DNA from: Abditibacterium sp.
Lineage (GTDB): Bacteria > Armatimonadota > Abditibacteriia > Abditibacteriales > Abditibacteriaceae
Length of the DNA stretch: 64,000 nucleotides
Assembly (NCBI GenBank): GCA_965246885.1
Contig: OZ251992.1
Span: 2,464,001-2,528,000, forward strand
Direction: 5' to 3'
Positions within the stretch are counted from its first letter, which is position 1; each line of letters begins with the position of its first letter. The notes beneath the pieces were generated by a model. It saw only the letters and a list, made by a program, of their open reading frames with translations, searched no databases and was not told the DNA's origin. Made by a program: the position numbers and the translations under genes. Shown here piece after piece: positions 1 to 9,336 of this stretch.

Positions 1-439
1 TGCCCTCGGCAACCAACTCGCCCATCGCGCCGACCGTTTCCTCGATGGGAACTTGCGGGTCAACGCGGTGCTGGTAATACAGGTCTATGTGGTCGGTTGC
101 CAAACGTTTGAGGCTCGCCTCGCACGCCGAGCGCACGTATTCGGGACGCCCCGATATGCCGCGCACCTTGGGGTCGTTGGGGTCGCGCACGATGCCGAAC
201 TTCGTCGCCAGCACCACCTCGCCGCGCCGCCCTTGCAGCGCGCGCGCCACCAATTCCTCGTTGGTATACGGCCCGTACATGTCCGCCGTGTCCCAAAAAT
301 TGAGGCCCAACTCCAGCGACCGCTCCAGCGTGCGTAGCGACTGCGCGTCGTCGCGCGTGCCGTAGAAGTCGCTCATTCCCATACAGCCCAACCCCATCGC
401 CGAAACGGTCAACCCCTGTCCTAAAGTGCGTATTTGCAT
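1..439 (-). CDS. Aldo/keto reductase (5' part; runs off window)
   Basis: Manual translation from ATG at 439: [27 protein letters not shown]...FWDTADMYG...LATKFG...[25 protein letters not shown] upstream. Confidence 0.92.
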   Translation of the reverse strand, partial: MQIRTLGQGLTVSAMGLGCMGMSDFYGTRDDAQSLRTLERSLELGLNFWDTADMYGPYTNEELVARALQGRRGEVVLATKFGIVRDPNDPKVRGISGRPEYVRSACEASLKRLATDHIDLYYQHRVDPQVPIEETVGAMGELVAEG

Positions 440-460
440 AACGGTTCCTCCTGCCCTGCT

Positions 461-2236
461 CTAACCCGACCTTCCAACAATATCCGCGCCAAAGACGCTT
501 TGCGCGTAGCCGACCAAATCGCCGTTGCCGTCGCCGCCAAAGTCGTCGTCATCATCGTCGTCTGTGGCTGCTTCCTCGACCGATTCCTGCTTCTTTTCCG
601 GCGGCGCCGCGAGCACGAACTTGAGATGGCGCGGCTTGTCGAGCGTCGAATTGATGACTTCCTCGAACGGCATCCGGCCCAAGGCGTCGGTCGCTTTGGC
701 GTGGTGGAACTCTTTGGAGAACTGGAGCACTACTGTGTCCGGCGTGAAGTCGAAGGGTTGCGCGTCGGCCAGATACGACACGGCGGGAATCGAAATCTTT
801 TTGCGCACGCGCATCAGCACGGCGGGCCACAATTCCACCAACTCCTCAAAGTTAGAAATGCGCCGTCCCGCTTTCTTGGCCGCTTTGCTGGGCGCAGCGT
901 TAGTTTCGGCAACTACGGATACGGGCGCCTCTTCCACCGGTACGGGCGCTTCTTGCGCTGGGGTGGGCGCTTTTTCCACCGGTACAGGCGCTTCTTCCGC
1001 CGGTACAATTTGCTCTTCCAATTGTACCGGCGAATCGCCCACCGGCATCATTGGTTCGCTCGTTTGCACCGGTGCAACGCCCATTTTCTCGCGCCAATTG
1101 GGGCGCGGCGCGCTTTGCGCTTGCGGCGCGGCTTGGGTCGAAGCGACCGAGAAGTGCCCCTCACTCGCTCGCACCAAGCAGAGTTCGAGCAGCAAACGGT
1201 GATCGGTCGAGGAGCGCATCTCCTTTTCGGTTTCGCGCAGAAGGGTCAGGAATCCCTCCAACTTGGCGCGTCCCATGCCCTTGCCGTGCCGCGCGTGCGC
1301 CGCGACCTCGTCGGGCGATAAGTCGGCGGGGAGGGGGAAGCCCACGCTTTGCATGAGCAAGTCGCGCGTGTAGGCCGTCAAATCACGCGCCAATTGGCCG
1401 AAACTGGCGCCTTCGTCCACCGCCCGCTCGACCAACTCCAGCGCCGCGTGCGCGTCGCCATTCGCTACGCCGTCCATCAAGCCGAACAAAAGTTCCTGCG
1501 GGACGCCGCCAAGCACGAGACGCACGTCCGCCGCGCTGATTTCGTCGCCCGAAAATGCGCTGACTTGCTCCAAGAGCGTGAGCGCGTCGCGCAAAGCCCC
1601 GTCCGCGTGGCGGGCAATTAACTTGGCCGCTTCGGGCTGCAAGACCATGTGCTCGCACTCCGCGACATGTTGCAGCCTCTTGGCGATATCGGGCGGCGTC
1701 ACCCGCCGGAAGTCGAACCTCTGGCATCGGGAAAGAACAGTCGCAGGGACTTTATGAGTTTCCGTTGTGGCCAAGACGAAAACAGCGTGCGCGGGCGGTT
1801 CTTCCAACGTCTTTAACAGCGCATTGAAGGCGTTGTTGGACAACATATGAACTTCGTCGATTATGAATATCTTATAGCGACCTTGCGCGGGCATCGAGCC
1901 GACGTTATCAATGATAGCTTCGCGGATGTTGTCCACGCCGGTGTTGGACGCCGCGTCTATCTCGGTTAAGTCCATTACCGGCTGGTTTTGGGCGACGCGG
2001 GTGCAAAAGTCGCACGCATTGCAAGGCGTGGGCGTGGGGCCTTGCTCGCAATTGAGGCACTTGGCAAGGAGGCGGGCGTTAGTGGTTTTGCCGATGCCGC
2101 GCGGCCCGGTGAACAGGTAAGCGTGCGCCACGCGCGGCGGAACGGCGGTCAGGGCGTTGCGCAGCGTGCGCGCAACGTGTTCCTGACCGACGACATCTTC
2201 AAAAGTTTGGGGGCGATACTTGCGGTAGAGACTCAT
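461..2236 (-). CDS. dnaX: DNA polymerase III subunit gamma/tau
   Basis: LYRKYRPQTFEDVVGQEHV, Walker A GPRGIGKT, Zn-Cys cluster, IIDEVHMLS, SRC motif. Confidence 0.97.
   Translation of the reverse strand: MSLYRKYRPQTFEDVVGQEHVARTLRNALTAVPPRVAHAYLFTGPRGIGKTTNARLLAKCLNCEQGPTPTPCNACDFCTRVAQNQPVMDLTEIDAASNTGVDNIREAIIDNVGSMPAQGRYKIFIIDEVHMLSNNAFNALLKTLEEPPAHAVFVLATTETHKVPATVLSRCQRFDFRRVTPPDIAKRLQHVAECEHMVLQPEAAKLIARHADGALRDALTLLEQVSAFSGDEISAADVRLVLGGVPQELLFGLMDGVANGDAHAALELVERAVDEGASFGQLARDLTAYTRDLLMQSVGFPLPADLSPDEVAAHARHGKGMGRAKLEGFLTLLRETEKEMRSSTDHRLLLELCLVRASEGHFSVASTQAAPQAQSAPRPNWREKMGVAPVQTSEPMMPVGDSPVQLEEQIVPAEEAPVPVEKAPTPAQEAPVPVEEAPVSVVAETNAAPSKAAKKAGRRISNFEELVELWPAVLMRVRKKISIPAVSYLADAQPFDFTPDTVVLQFSKEFHHAKATDALGRMPFEEVINSTLDKPRHLKFVLAAPPEKKQESVEEAATDDDDDDDFGGDGNGDLVGYAQSVFGADIVGRSG
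920..1087. repeat. Degenerate 21-bp tandem array inside the dnaX linker (heptads VPAEEAP/VPVEKAP/TPAQEAP/VPVEEAP)
   Basis: Units at 920 tacgggcgcctcttccaccgg, 941, 962, 983, 1004, 1025, then decaying. Confidence 0.75.
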
Positions 2237-2251
2237 GGCGGACGCGGAAGT

Positions 2252-2986
2252 TTAAAGACGCAGTTCATCGTAGCGGGTCGCCTTTACCCGCCATTTCTGG
2301 AAAAGTTCCGGCAGGCGCGGGTCAAGCAGCAAGCGCCGCTCCGCGTCCCGCTCCTGCGCCACAACGCCCGCTTTGCCTCCCGCCAAGTAGAAGGCGTTCA
2401 TGTCGGGCGCCACCTTGCCGGGGTGCGTCACCCAGACGTAGCGCTCGCCCATCGCCGCCTTTAAGCGCGCTTCGAGCGTGTCGCCGTCAGGGAGGGACGG
2501 AACGGCGGCGGCATCCAATAGCCCGTGCAAACTGCACAAGCCCGCGATGGCGCCGCGCAGGTCGGGGGAAATCCAACTGACGCCCATGTGTTCGTCCACA
2601 TAGGAGACGTTCAAACCGAGTTCGCGGAGCCTCCGTCGTTGTGCGAACACCTCCCAGCCAAAGTCGAACGCTTTGCCGTCCAACGTCGCCTTGGTGTCGC
2701 TCGGAAAAGCCAGAAAGTCGCCGTTGCCGTCGCATAATTTCGGGTCTTCGGTGAGCGGCTTCCACTTTACCGCTTCCCATTCGGCGTTGAGGCAGACGTG
2801 TAGGCCGTAAGCGATGTCGTCGCGCCCGCCGAGCAGTTCGGCGGCGTGCTCGATGGCGGGGCCGACGGCCATGAAGCTGACGTTTTTTATAATGCCCGCT
2901 TCGACACATTCGAGGATGGCCTCGTTCGCGGAGCGGCAGCCGCCCGCGTCGTCGGCGCGGGTGACTAAGTGGATGCGGGGTTTCAT
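2252..2986 (-). CDS. ChbG/HpnK (YdjC-like) carbohydrate deacetylase
   Basis: MKPRIHLVTRADDAG, GLHVCL, SYVDEHMG, THPG motifs; ATG at 2986 overlaps the purC stop. Confidence 0.85.
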   Translation of the reverse strand: MKPRIHLVTRADDAGGCRSANEAILECVEAGIIKNVSFMAVGPAIEHAAELLGGRDDIAYGLHVCLNAEWEAVKWKPLTEDPKLCDGNGDFLAFPSDTKATLDGKAFDFGWEVFAQRRRLRELGLNVSYVDEHMGVSWISPDLRGAIAGLCSLHGLLDAAAVPSLPDGDTLEARLKAAMGERYVWVTHPGKVAPDMNAFYLAGGKAGVVAQERDAERRLLLDPRLPELFQKWRVKATRYDELRL

Positions 2987-3870
2987 CGGTGCGGCCTCAC
3001 ATCTCGGTCGGGCCATTGCAAGCCGGTCAAGCGGTCGTAGGCTTCCACATATTTCGCGCGTGTCCGCCCAACGACTTCGGGCGGCAAGTCCGGCCCCGGC
3101 GCGCTTTTGTCCCAAGGGAGAGTTAGCAGATAATCGCGCACGAACTGCTTGTCGAAGGAAGCTTGCGCGCGGCCCGCTTCGTAGGTTTGCGCGTCCCAGT
3201 AGCGCGAACTGTCGGGCGTGGCCATTTCGTCCACGACCAACAAGTCGCCGTCCGCTTCGCCGAACTCGAACTTGGTATCCGCCAGAATTAAACCGCGCTC
3301 CGAGGCGAACGCCGCGACCCATTCATACAAGGCGAGCGAGGCTTCGCGCACGGCATAGGCTTTGTCCGCGCCCAAGATGGCGACGGTCTGCTCCCACGTG
3401 ATGGCCTCGTCGTGTGCGCCGATGGGCGCTTTGGTTGTGGGCGTAAATATCGGCGCGGGCAACTTGTCCGACTCGCGCAGGTTGGGTGGCAAAGAGACGC
3501 CGCACACCTCGCCGCTTTGTTGATATTGCGTCCACCCGCTTCCCGACAAGTAGCCGCGCACCACGCACTCGACCGGCAATACGCGCGCTTTGCGGCACAG
3601 CATCGCCCGCCCGTCCCAATCGTTGGCCAGCCCAAACGAGCGGAGCGGTTCGGGGAAGTCGTTGACGCGGTGCAGGAGCAGATGATTGTCCACGATGTGC
3701 GAGGTACGCGCGAACCAGAAGACGGACAGCGTGGACAAAATCCGCCCTTTGTCGGGAACGGGCGAGGGCAACACGACATCAAACGCCGACACGCGGTCGG
3801 ACGCCACGAGAACGAGGTTGTCGCCCGCGTCAAAGAGTTCGCGGACTTTGCCGGAGGAAAGGGGCTGCAT
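2983..3870 (-). CDS. purC: SAICAR synthetase
   Basis: SGKVRELF, SDRVSAFD, ECVVRGYLSGS, ADTKFEFG, TPDSSRYW, SFDKQFVRDYL; start set at MQPLSSGK. Confidence 0.96.
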   Translation of the reverse strand: MQPLSSGKVRELFDAGDNLVLVASDRVSAFDVVLPSPVPDKGRILSTLSVFWFARTSHIVDNHLLLHRVNDFPEPLRSFGLANDWDGRAMLCRKARVLPVECVVRGYLSGSGWTQYQQSGEVCGVSLPPNLRESDKLPAPIFTPTTKAPIGAHDEAITWEQTVAILGADKAYAVREASLALYEWVAAFASERGLILADTKFEFGEADGDLLVVDEMATPDSSRYWDAQTYEAGRAQASFDKQFVRDYLLTLPWDKSAPGPDLPPEVVGRTRAKYVEAYDRLTGLQWPDRDVRPHR

Positions 3871-4037
3871 AGAAGTAGTGAGTTTTAACGCGTGTTGCCC
3901 ACCTCCGCCCATTGTCACTCTGCAAGCAGGCATCGCTTCACCCCCGCCGCTTCTTGTTTACTCGCCAATGTCCTCACCCAGACGGTTTAAGGTCGAACAT
4001 CCGCTCGTTGGTGCTGCATGAGAATGCTATTGGTGTT

Positions 4038-5030
4038 TTACGCGACGAAGCCGATTTGTCTGAGTTCTTCGCGGGCGATTATGACGCTGTCTCGGCTGGT
4101 TTGCGGTGTGGCGCGCGTGGGGGCTTGGTTGTTCTGGATGCAGTCGAGGAGGTAGCCGAGTTCCGGGGCGTAGCCCATTGTGCCGTCGAAGTCGAAGCTG
4201 TGCTTTCCCTCCGGGGTGAACAGCGTCATCGCCTCGCCTTTTGAAGAATCCCAACTGAGCGTGCCGCGCTCGCCCATCACCTCGAAGGCCATGCGAAAGG
4301 GCAGCGCTTGCGCGTCCCAGCCGCCGTGCAACTGCACCTGCGGCCCGCCCTCGTAGTGCCACGTCGCGTCCACCTTGAGCGGGAAGCCGTCGCGGATGAC
4401 GCCTTCTGCCGCTATTGCATTGGGCGCGCCGAACCACCACAGCGCGGTGTCGATGTCGTGCACGTGCATGTCCAGCACCACCCCCCCGCTCTGCGCCCCA
4501 TCCATGAGCCACCCGCTCCACGTCGGCGCCCCGCTCGAACGGTGGAACCCCGCATACAACGGGCGCCCCAACGCGCCGCCGTCCAGTAGCTCCTTGGCCT
4601 TGACATACTGCGGCCAAAAGCGCAGACAGTGGCCAATGAGCAGGAACTTGCCGCTCCGCTCTTGCGCTTCGATAACGGCGTCGCACTCGCTCTCGTCCCA
4701 CGCCATTGGCTTCTCGCACAAGACGTGCTTGCCCGCGTCGAGCGCGGCAACCGTCGCCGCCGCGTGCCGCTTCGTCGGCAGGCAGAAGTCCACGAGGTGG
4801 ATGTCGGGGTTGTGGAGCAACTCGGCCATGTTCGCCGTCTGGTGGACGCCGCTCAGGTCGAGCGCGTTCTCGTTGGCGATGTTGCCCGCGACCTTCGTCT
4901 TCCCGCTCAGCTTGTCCGCGTTCTCGTCGCACACCGCCACGATTTGCGCTTTGGGATTCCCGGCGTAGCACCCCAAGTGCATCTGCCCCATCATGCCAAG
5001 GCCCACAACGGCCACGTTGATTTTGTCCAT
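4038..5030 (-). CDS. Gfo/Idh/MocA family oxidoreductase
   Basis: VVGLGMMG Rossmann motif, GKHVLCEKP, DMHVHDID. Confidence 0.92.
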   Translation of the reverse strand: MDKINVAVVGLGMMGQMHLGCYAGNPKAQIVAVCDENADKLSGKTKVAGNIANENALDLSGVHQTANMAELLHNPDIHLVDFCLPTKRHAAATVAALDAGKHVLCEKPMAWDESECDAVIEAQERSGKFLLIGHCLRFWPQYVKAKELLDGGALGRPLYAGFHRSSGAPTWSGWLMDGAQSGGVVLDMHVHDIDTALWWFGAPNAIAAEGVIRDGFPLKVDATWHYEGGPQVQLHGGWDAQALPFRMAFEVMGERGTLSWDSSKGEAMTLFTPEGKHSFDFDGTMGYAPELGYLLDCIQNNQAPTRATPQTSRDSVIIAREELRQIGFVA

Positions 5031-5032
5031 AG

Positions 5033-5896
5033 TCAAGCTCCCCTCACCGTGTTCCTCCCCTCCTCCATCACCTCATCCATCGCCCGCGAAATGGCGCCAA
5101 GGTCGCTCTCGCAATCGAAAAACTCCGCCGTCACCGGCCCGTTATACCCCACATGGCGCAGCGCCTGCATCACCGCCGCATAATCCGCGTCGCCTTCGCC
5201 CAACGCGCAAAAGCCCGCCAGCGTGCCGACCTCGCGCTGGAAATCCTTGAAGTGCACCCGCGCGATGCGCTTGCCCAAAATCTCCACCCACTGCTCCGGC
5301 AAGCCGCTTTGCAACACGTTGCCCACATCGAAGTAGCACCCCACGCGCGGGCTGTCCACCGCATCCACAAACGCCCGCATCTCCAACGGCGACAGCAAAA
5401 ACCCGTTCCACACGTTCTCCACTCCCAGCGTCACCCCCGCCTCCTCCGCCACTGGAGCAAGTTCCTTCAAGGCCGCAAGGCCGTTCTGGTAAGCCACCTC
5501 ATACGGCGTCACCACAAAGCCCGCAATGAAATCCGCAAACACCCCGCCCACGATACAAAGCACCGTGTCCACGCCCAGCGCCGCTGCGATATGGAGGGAA
5601 CGCCGGTAGATTTCGATGCCTCGCGCGCGAACCGAAGCGTCTTGCGCGGTCATGGGGCACTCCCATCCCATGCCGCACGCCAGACTGGACAGCGTGATGC
5701 CCGCGCTTTTTGCCTCTTCGAGCAACCGCGCGCAGTCGGCGGGCGTCGAGTCGGGGGTGACTTGGAAGGACAGGGGCGACCCGCTTTCTCCAACGGCGAC
5801 CTCGACGTGCGAGAAGCCGTTGGCGCGGGCCATTTGGAATATTTCGGAGGCGGGGCGTCCGGGCGAAAACGCCCACGCGGAAATGGATTTTTTCAT
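5033..5896 (-). CDS. Sugar phosphate isomerase/epimerase (xylose isomerase-like TIM barrel)
   Basis: GVENVWN, YFDVGN, VHFKDF, GEGD, TAE motifs. Confidence 0.88.
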   Translation of the reverse strand: MKKSISAWAFSPGRPASEIFQMARANGFSHVEVAVGESGSPLSFQVTPDSTPADCARLLEEAKSAGITLSSLACGMGWECPMTAQDASVRARGIEIYRRSLHIAAALGVDTVLCIVGGVFADFIAGFVVTPYEVAYQNGLAALKELAPVAEEAGVTLGVENVWNGFLLSPLEMRAFVDAVDSPRVGCYFDVGNVLQSGLPEQWVEILGKRIARVHFKDFQREVGTLAGFCALGEGDADYAAVMQALRHVGYNGPVTAEFFDCESDLGAISRAMDEVMEEGRNTVRGA

Positions 5897-5903
5897 AAAG
5901 GTA

Positions 5904-6656
5904 TTAGCTCAACAGTTCTTTTAACAGGTCGTTTTGCGGGTGCGGGTGGCCGAGGTGCTGCTGAAACGCTTCGCCAAAAGCGGCGCCAATGAGGGCGCCC
6001 CGTTTGGCGCTCCAAGAGCGCATAGACTCGATGTAGTTGTCCATGCCGTGCTGCTTTTGGAGCCACGCGCGCTGCGAGTCGTGCGCGGCGAGCGCCTCAC
6101 CCTTGCGCTCGATTTGCGCGGAGATGTCTACCACAACGGAAAAGCGCGCGGCCCCGCCGAAGATGTCGTGCCCACCGATGGCGTCGGCGTAGTAGAGATG
6201 CGGCACAGCTTCGATTGGCGGCGCTTTGGACTCGGCGGGATAGTTGGGGCATCCCGCGTTGAAGCAAGCGTCGCGCACCAGTTGCCAGGTGATCTCGTGG
6301 TCGAACATATAATCGGCGGGCGGGGTGGTGAACACCAGCGAGGGGTTCACGTCGCGCAATAGCCCCGCGATGCGGCGGCGCGAGGGCACGTCGAAGCCGA
6401 TTTCCAAATCGGAAAACTCCAAACATCGGTAGCTGGCGGCGCCCAGAATATCGGCGGCGCGCTGTGCCTCTTTGCGGCGGATGGCGGCGATTTCGTGGCG
6501 CGGCAGGGTGGCCGACCCCTTGTCGCCGGGCGTCATCGTGGCGAGGTGAATCTCGTAGCCCCGCTCGACCAAACGCAGGAGCGTTCCGGCGCACAAAATC
6601 TCGATGTCGTCGGGGTGTGGCAACAGCGCCAAAACGCGCGTAGAAGTGGGTATCAT
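5904..6656 (-). CDS. PIG-L family N-deacetylase
   Basis: PHPDDIE, TPGDKG, DH motif, AHDSQ. Confidence 0.9.
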   Translation of the reverse strand: MIPTSTRVLALLPHPDDIEILCAGTLLRLVERGYEIHLATMTPGDKGSATLPRHEIAAIRRKEAQRAADILGAASYRCLEFSDLEIGFDVPSRRRIAGLLRDVNPSLVFTTPPADYMFDHEITWQLVRDACFNAGCPNYPAESKAPPIEAVPHLYYADAIGGHDIFGGAARFSVVVDISAQIERKGEALAAHDSQRAWLQKQHGMDNYIESMRSWSAKRGALIGAAFGEAFQQHLGHPHPQNDLLKELLS

Positions 6657-6687
6657 GGTATAAGGCGTCCTCCGCCCGACTGCTCCG

Positions 6688-6797
6688 GGATGCGCGCCGC
6701 TGGTCGCGGGACGTCCGCCGACCAGTTCCAGACGTGCGTCAACGAGTGGCAGACGTGCGTCAACGAGTGGCAGACGTGCGTCAATTGCCCCCGGATG
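6688..6797. repeat. Intergenic 21-bp tandem array A (unit agacgtgcgtcaacgagtggc)
   Basis: RGAYG anchors at 6688, 6709, 6730, 6751, 6772, 6793; two perfect copies plus degenerate flanks. Confidence 0.85.
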
Positions 6798-6830
6798 TCT
6801 GGGAGCGCGTCGCGGCGGCCTCTTCCTGCC

Positions 6831-7766
6831 TTAGTGCATCTCCGCTTCGCAGGAGCCGATGCCTCCGGTGTAGAAGTTGAAGCGGACGTTGGGATGCAGC
6901 GCGAGCAGGCTCATCGGCACGCTCGAATCGGCGAGGCCCTTAGAAATCATCAGGCTGGTCAGACGCATGCCGAACGGGTTGTCGTGCGTTCCGGCGTGCC
7001 AGATGGAAACGCGCTCGGCCTGCCACGTCTGCTTTGGGCCAACGGTGATGGCGCGCTTGGGCACGAGCGGCAGGTTGCCCCCACCGGAGGTGCGCGCGTT
7101 TTGGATGAGTGTCAGAGGGTGCAACTCCACGACGCGCGTGCCCAGTTTCAAGTACTCTTCCGGCGAGGGCGGCGCGTCGGCGAAAGCGCCCTCGCGCCGG
7201 AGCGGGTCGTTGAAGGCCCAATGCTTGACTTCGCCCTGCCCGCCTTGCATGACGGCGCACCGCACGCCTTCGTAGGAGCGTTCGTAGTCGGTGGGGTCGG
7301 CGGCAGGAAAGTGCAAGTTCGCCTCTCGAATGGCGAGCGCGGGCGCGATGTGGTTGAAGCACAGTTCGCGGTCGGCGCGGGCAAACGAAAGCGGGTGGGA
7401 TTCGGGTGCTTCGCGTCCATCGAGAAACCACTCGTCCATGCCCCAAAAGTGGGCTTCGCTCCGGCCCAAGTCGAGGCCCAAGTCGTTGACCAGTTGCGCC
7501 ACAAGCGGCAACTGTTCCGTTGGCCCGACGGGGCCGCAGATGCCGCACGGGTTGTCGGGCGTGGACTGCCGCCACGCCCCGACATATTCGAGCGCTTCGG
7601 CGAGGTAGAACTGCTCCAGTGAGTCGTAAAGCACCACCTCGAATCCGGGCCGCGCCAGTTGCTGCAAGTCATGGGCAGACAAGCGCGCGGCGTCGGCGAG
7701 CAATTCAGTGTCGAGGGTGGTGTAATCCCACCAATCGGGCGCAACAGTAGAAAGAGGGCGTGACAT
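6831..7766 (-). CDS. Glucosamine-6-phosphate deaminase/isomerase-like (NagB fold)
   Basis: [42 protein letters not shown]. Confidence 0.8.
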   Translation of the reverse strand: MSRPLSTVAPDWWDYTTLDTELLADAARLSAHDLQQLARPGFEVVLYDSLEQFYLAEALEYVGAWRQSTPDNPCGICGPVGPTEQLPLVAQLVNDLGLDLGRSEAHFWGMDEWFLDGREAPESHPLSFARADRELCFNHIAPALAIREANLHFPAADPTDYERSYEGVRCAVMQGGQGEVKHWAFNDPLRREGAFADAPPSPEEYLKLGTRVVELHPLTLIQNARTSGGGNLPLVPKRAITVGPKQTWQAERVSIWHAGTHDNPFGMRLTSLMISKGLADSSVPMSLLALHPNVRFNFYTGGIGSCEAEMH

Positions 7767-7821
7767 GGAAAGAGGTTGAAAGGTTAAGCGGTAGAAAATG
7801 CAAGGACACGCGCCTCGCTCT

Positions 7822-9288
7822 TTACATCGGCAGGTGGGGGCGCACGGGCGCGGTGTGAGCGTTGGAAAGCGGTTGTTGCTCGCGCACGACAGCGATTAAA
7901 TGTTCGTAGTGGGCGCGCGCCGCGTCGTCTTTGAGGGTGTGACAGAAGTCGGCGAGCGAGTCGCTGTCTCCCGGAACCACGCTGGCACCCTGCTCACCCG
8001 CGCCTTTGTCGGCGCTGGGTGGCAGTTCGCCCGTCGCAAGGAACCGCCGGTAGGTCTCGACTTTCTGGCCCGCTTTGTCGAAGGCTTCGTGGCGCTCTTT
8101 AGTGGCTCTGGCGCGGTAGTCTTCCTCGACTCCGGCGCGACGCATCATCGCTTCGAGCCACACGCGGCCATATTCGGTGTGGCTGGTTTCGTCTATGATG
8201 TCGAACTGCATCATCTCGGCGCTTTGGGCGTCGCCGCCATCGCGGAAGTCCTCGAAACAGTAGCCCTTGGTCTTGAAATAGCCAGTCTCGGCGATTTGCG
8301 TCACGTTGTAGAACGCCTCATACACATCGCGCGGCGTCATCGGCGGGAGTGTCCCTTCGTTCAAGGCTGCGCCGTAGCTGGTGTAGCCGACATCCCGAAT
8401 CGAAAGGCCGAAGCTTTCCAAGCGCGTCTTGCCGGAATTGCCGTGCCGCGACTCGTCCCACATATGGCGCGCTTCGTCGCGCAGAAATTCCCAAGGCATG
8501 AAGTCGGCGTAGAAGAGCCAGCGCAGTTGCATCTCGGCCACGCCCATCTCCCATAGGTAGCCGATCATGAAATACAAGCGCCGCGCTTCTACTGAGTCCG
8601 ACCAGTCGAGTTCCAAGAATGGCATGATGTTGGGCGCTTGGTCGCCACCGGGAACAAGACCGGGCGCGATGTTCATTTGGAAATCGGTGTGCTTGCCCGC
8701 CGGTCGCGCAAACGGCTCAGCAGCCGGAATCGGCGTCTCGAACGAGCCGACGCTTTCGAGGCCGCACAGCACTTTGTCCGCGAAGTCGGCGCTTAGTGCG
8801 AGACCTTCGCGCATCTTGAAGCCGCTATACCACGCGGTCTGCTCCTGCCGGTCGGCCAATATCTCGCGCAGCATTTTGTGCGTGGGCGCGTCGTGGACGG
8901 GGTTCGACGAATCCATGTAAGCACGATACGCGGCGTCGAGCGTGGGATACACCAACTCATGCAGCGCCGCCATCGCCTGATTGAAGTTCGGTGCCGCGAA
9001 GAGGGTGTTCAGCGCCGTCTCGAAGTCGCCATGAACCGGCGCGTCGGGGTTGCCGGGGAACATTTCTAAGCGGTTGCGCAGTTTGTCAGTATTCTGGCTT
9101 TGCAAGTAGGCGCCGTAGCACATTTGCAGTTTGTCGTCCCACTCGCGCGCGTCGCGGCCCCAACCGCACAAAACGCGCATCGCGCTGTATTCCACATATT
9201 GCCACTGCGCGAGCAGGTCGGCGACATCGGTGCCCATGCGACGCCGTTTGGAGGCCGCGAATTCGGCTGGTCGTTCAAGTGTTTGCAT
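7822..9288 (-). CDS. Ferritin-like (DUF455-like) diiron protein with a probable second helical domain
   Basis: C-terminal half has E..AE, WDESRHG, E and DETSHTEYG carboxylate/His motifs. Confidence 0.6.
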   Translation of the reverse strand: MQTLERPAEFAASKRRRMGTDVADLLAQWQYVEYSAMRVLCGWGRDAREWDDKLQMCYGAYLQSQNTDKLRNRLEMFPGNPDAPVHGDFETALNTLFAAPNFNQAMAALHELVYPTLDAAYRAYMDSSNPVHDAPTHKMLREILADRQEQTAWYSGFKMREGLALSADFADKVLCGLESVGSFETPIPAAEPFARPAGKHTDFQMNIAPGLVPGGDQAPNIMPFLELDWSDSVEARRLYFMIGYLWEMGVAEMQLRWLFYADFMPWEFLRDEARHMWDESRHGNSGKTRLESFGLSIRDVGYTSYGAALNEGTLPPMTPRDVYEAFYNVTQIAETGYFKTKGYCFEDFRDGGDAQSAEMMQFDIIDETSHTEYGRVWLEAMMRRAGVEEDYRARATKERHEAFDKAGQKVETYRRFLATGELPPSADKGAGEQGASVVPGDSDSLADFCHTLKDDAARAHYEHLIAVVREQQPLSNAHTAPVRPHLPM

Positions 9289-9336
9289 TGTGAGTTTCCT
9301 TTGATTACAAGATATAGCCCGATATACACGAGAGGG

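Noticed and set aside
461..2236. Programmed frameshift producing the gamma subunit of DnaX
   Set aside because: No A6G or A9 slippery run seen after domain III
3871..4037. Purine or ZTP riboswitch upstream of purC
   Set aside because: Partial word matches only, in the wrong order; no consistent structure found
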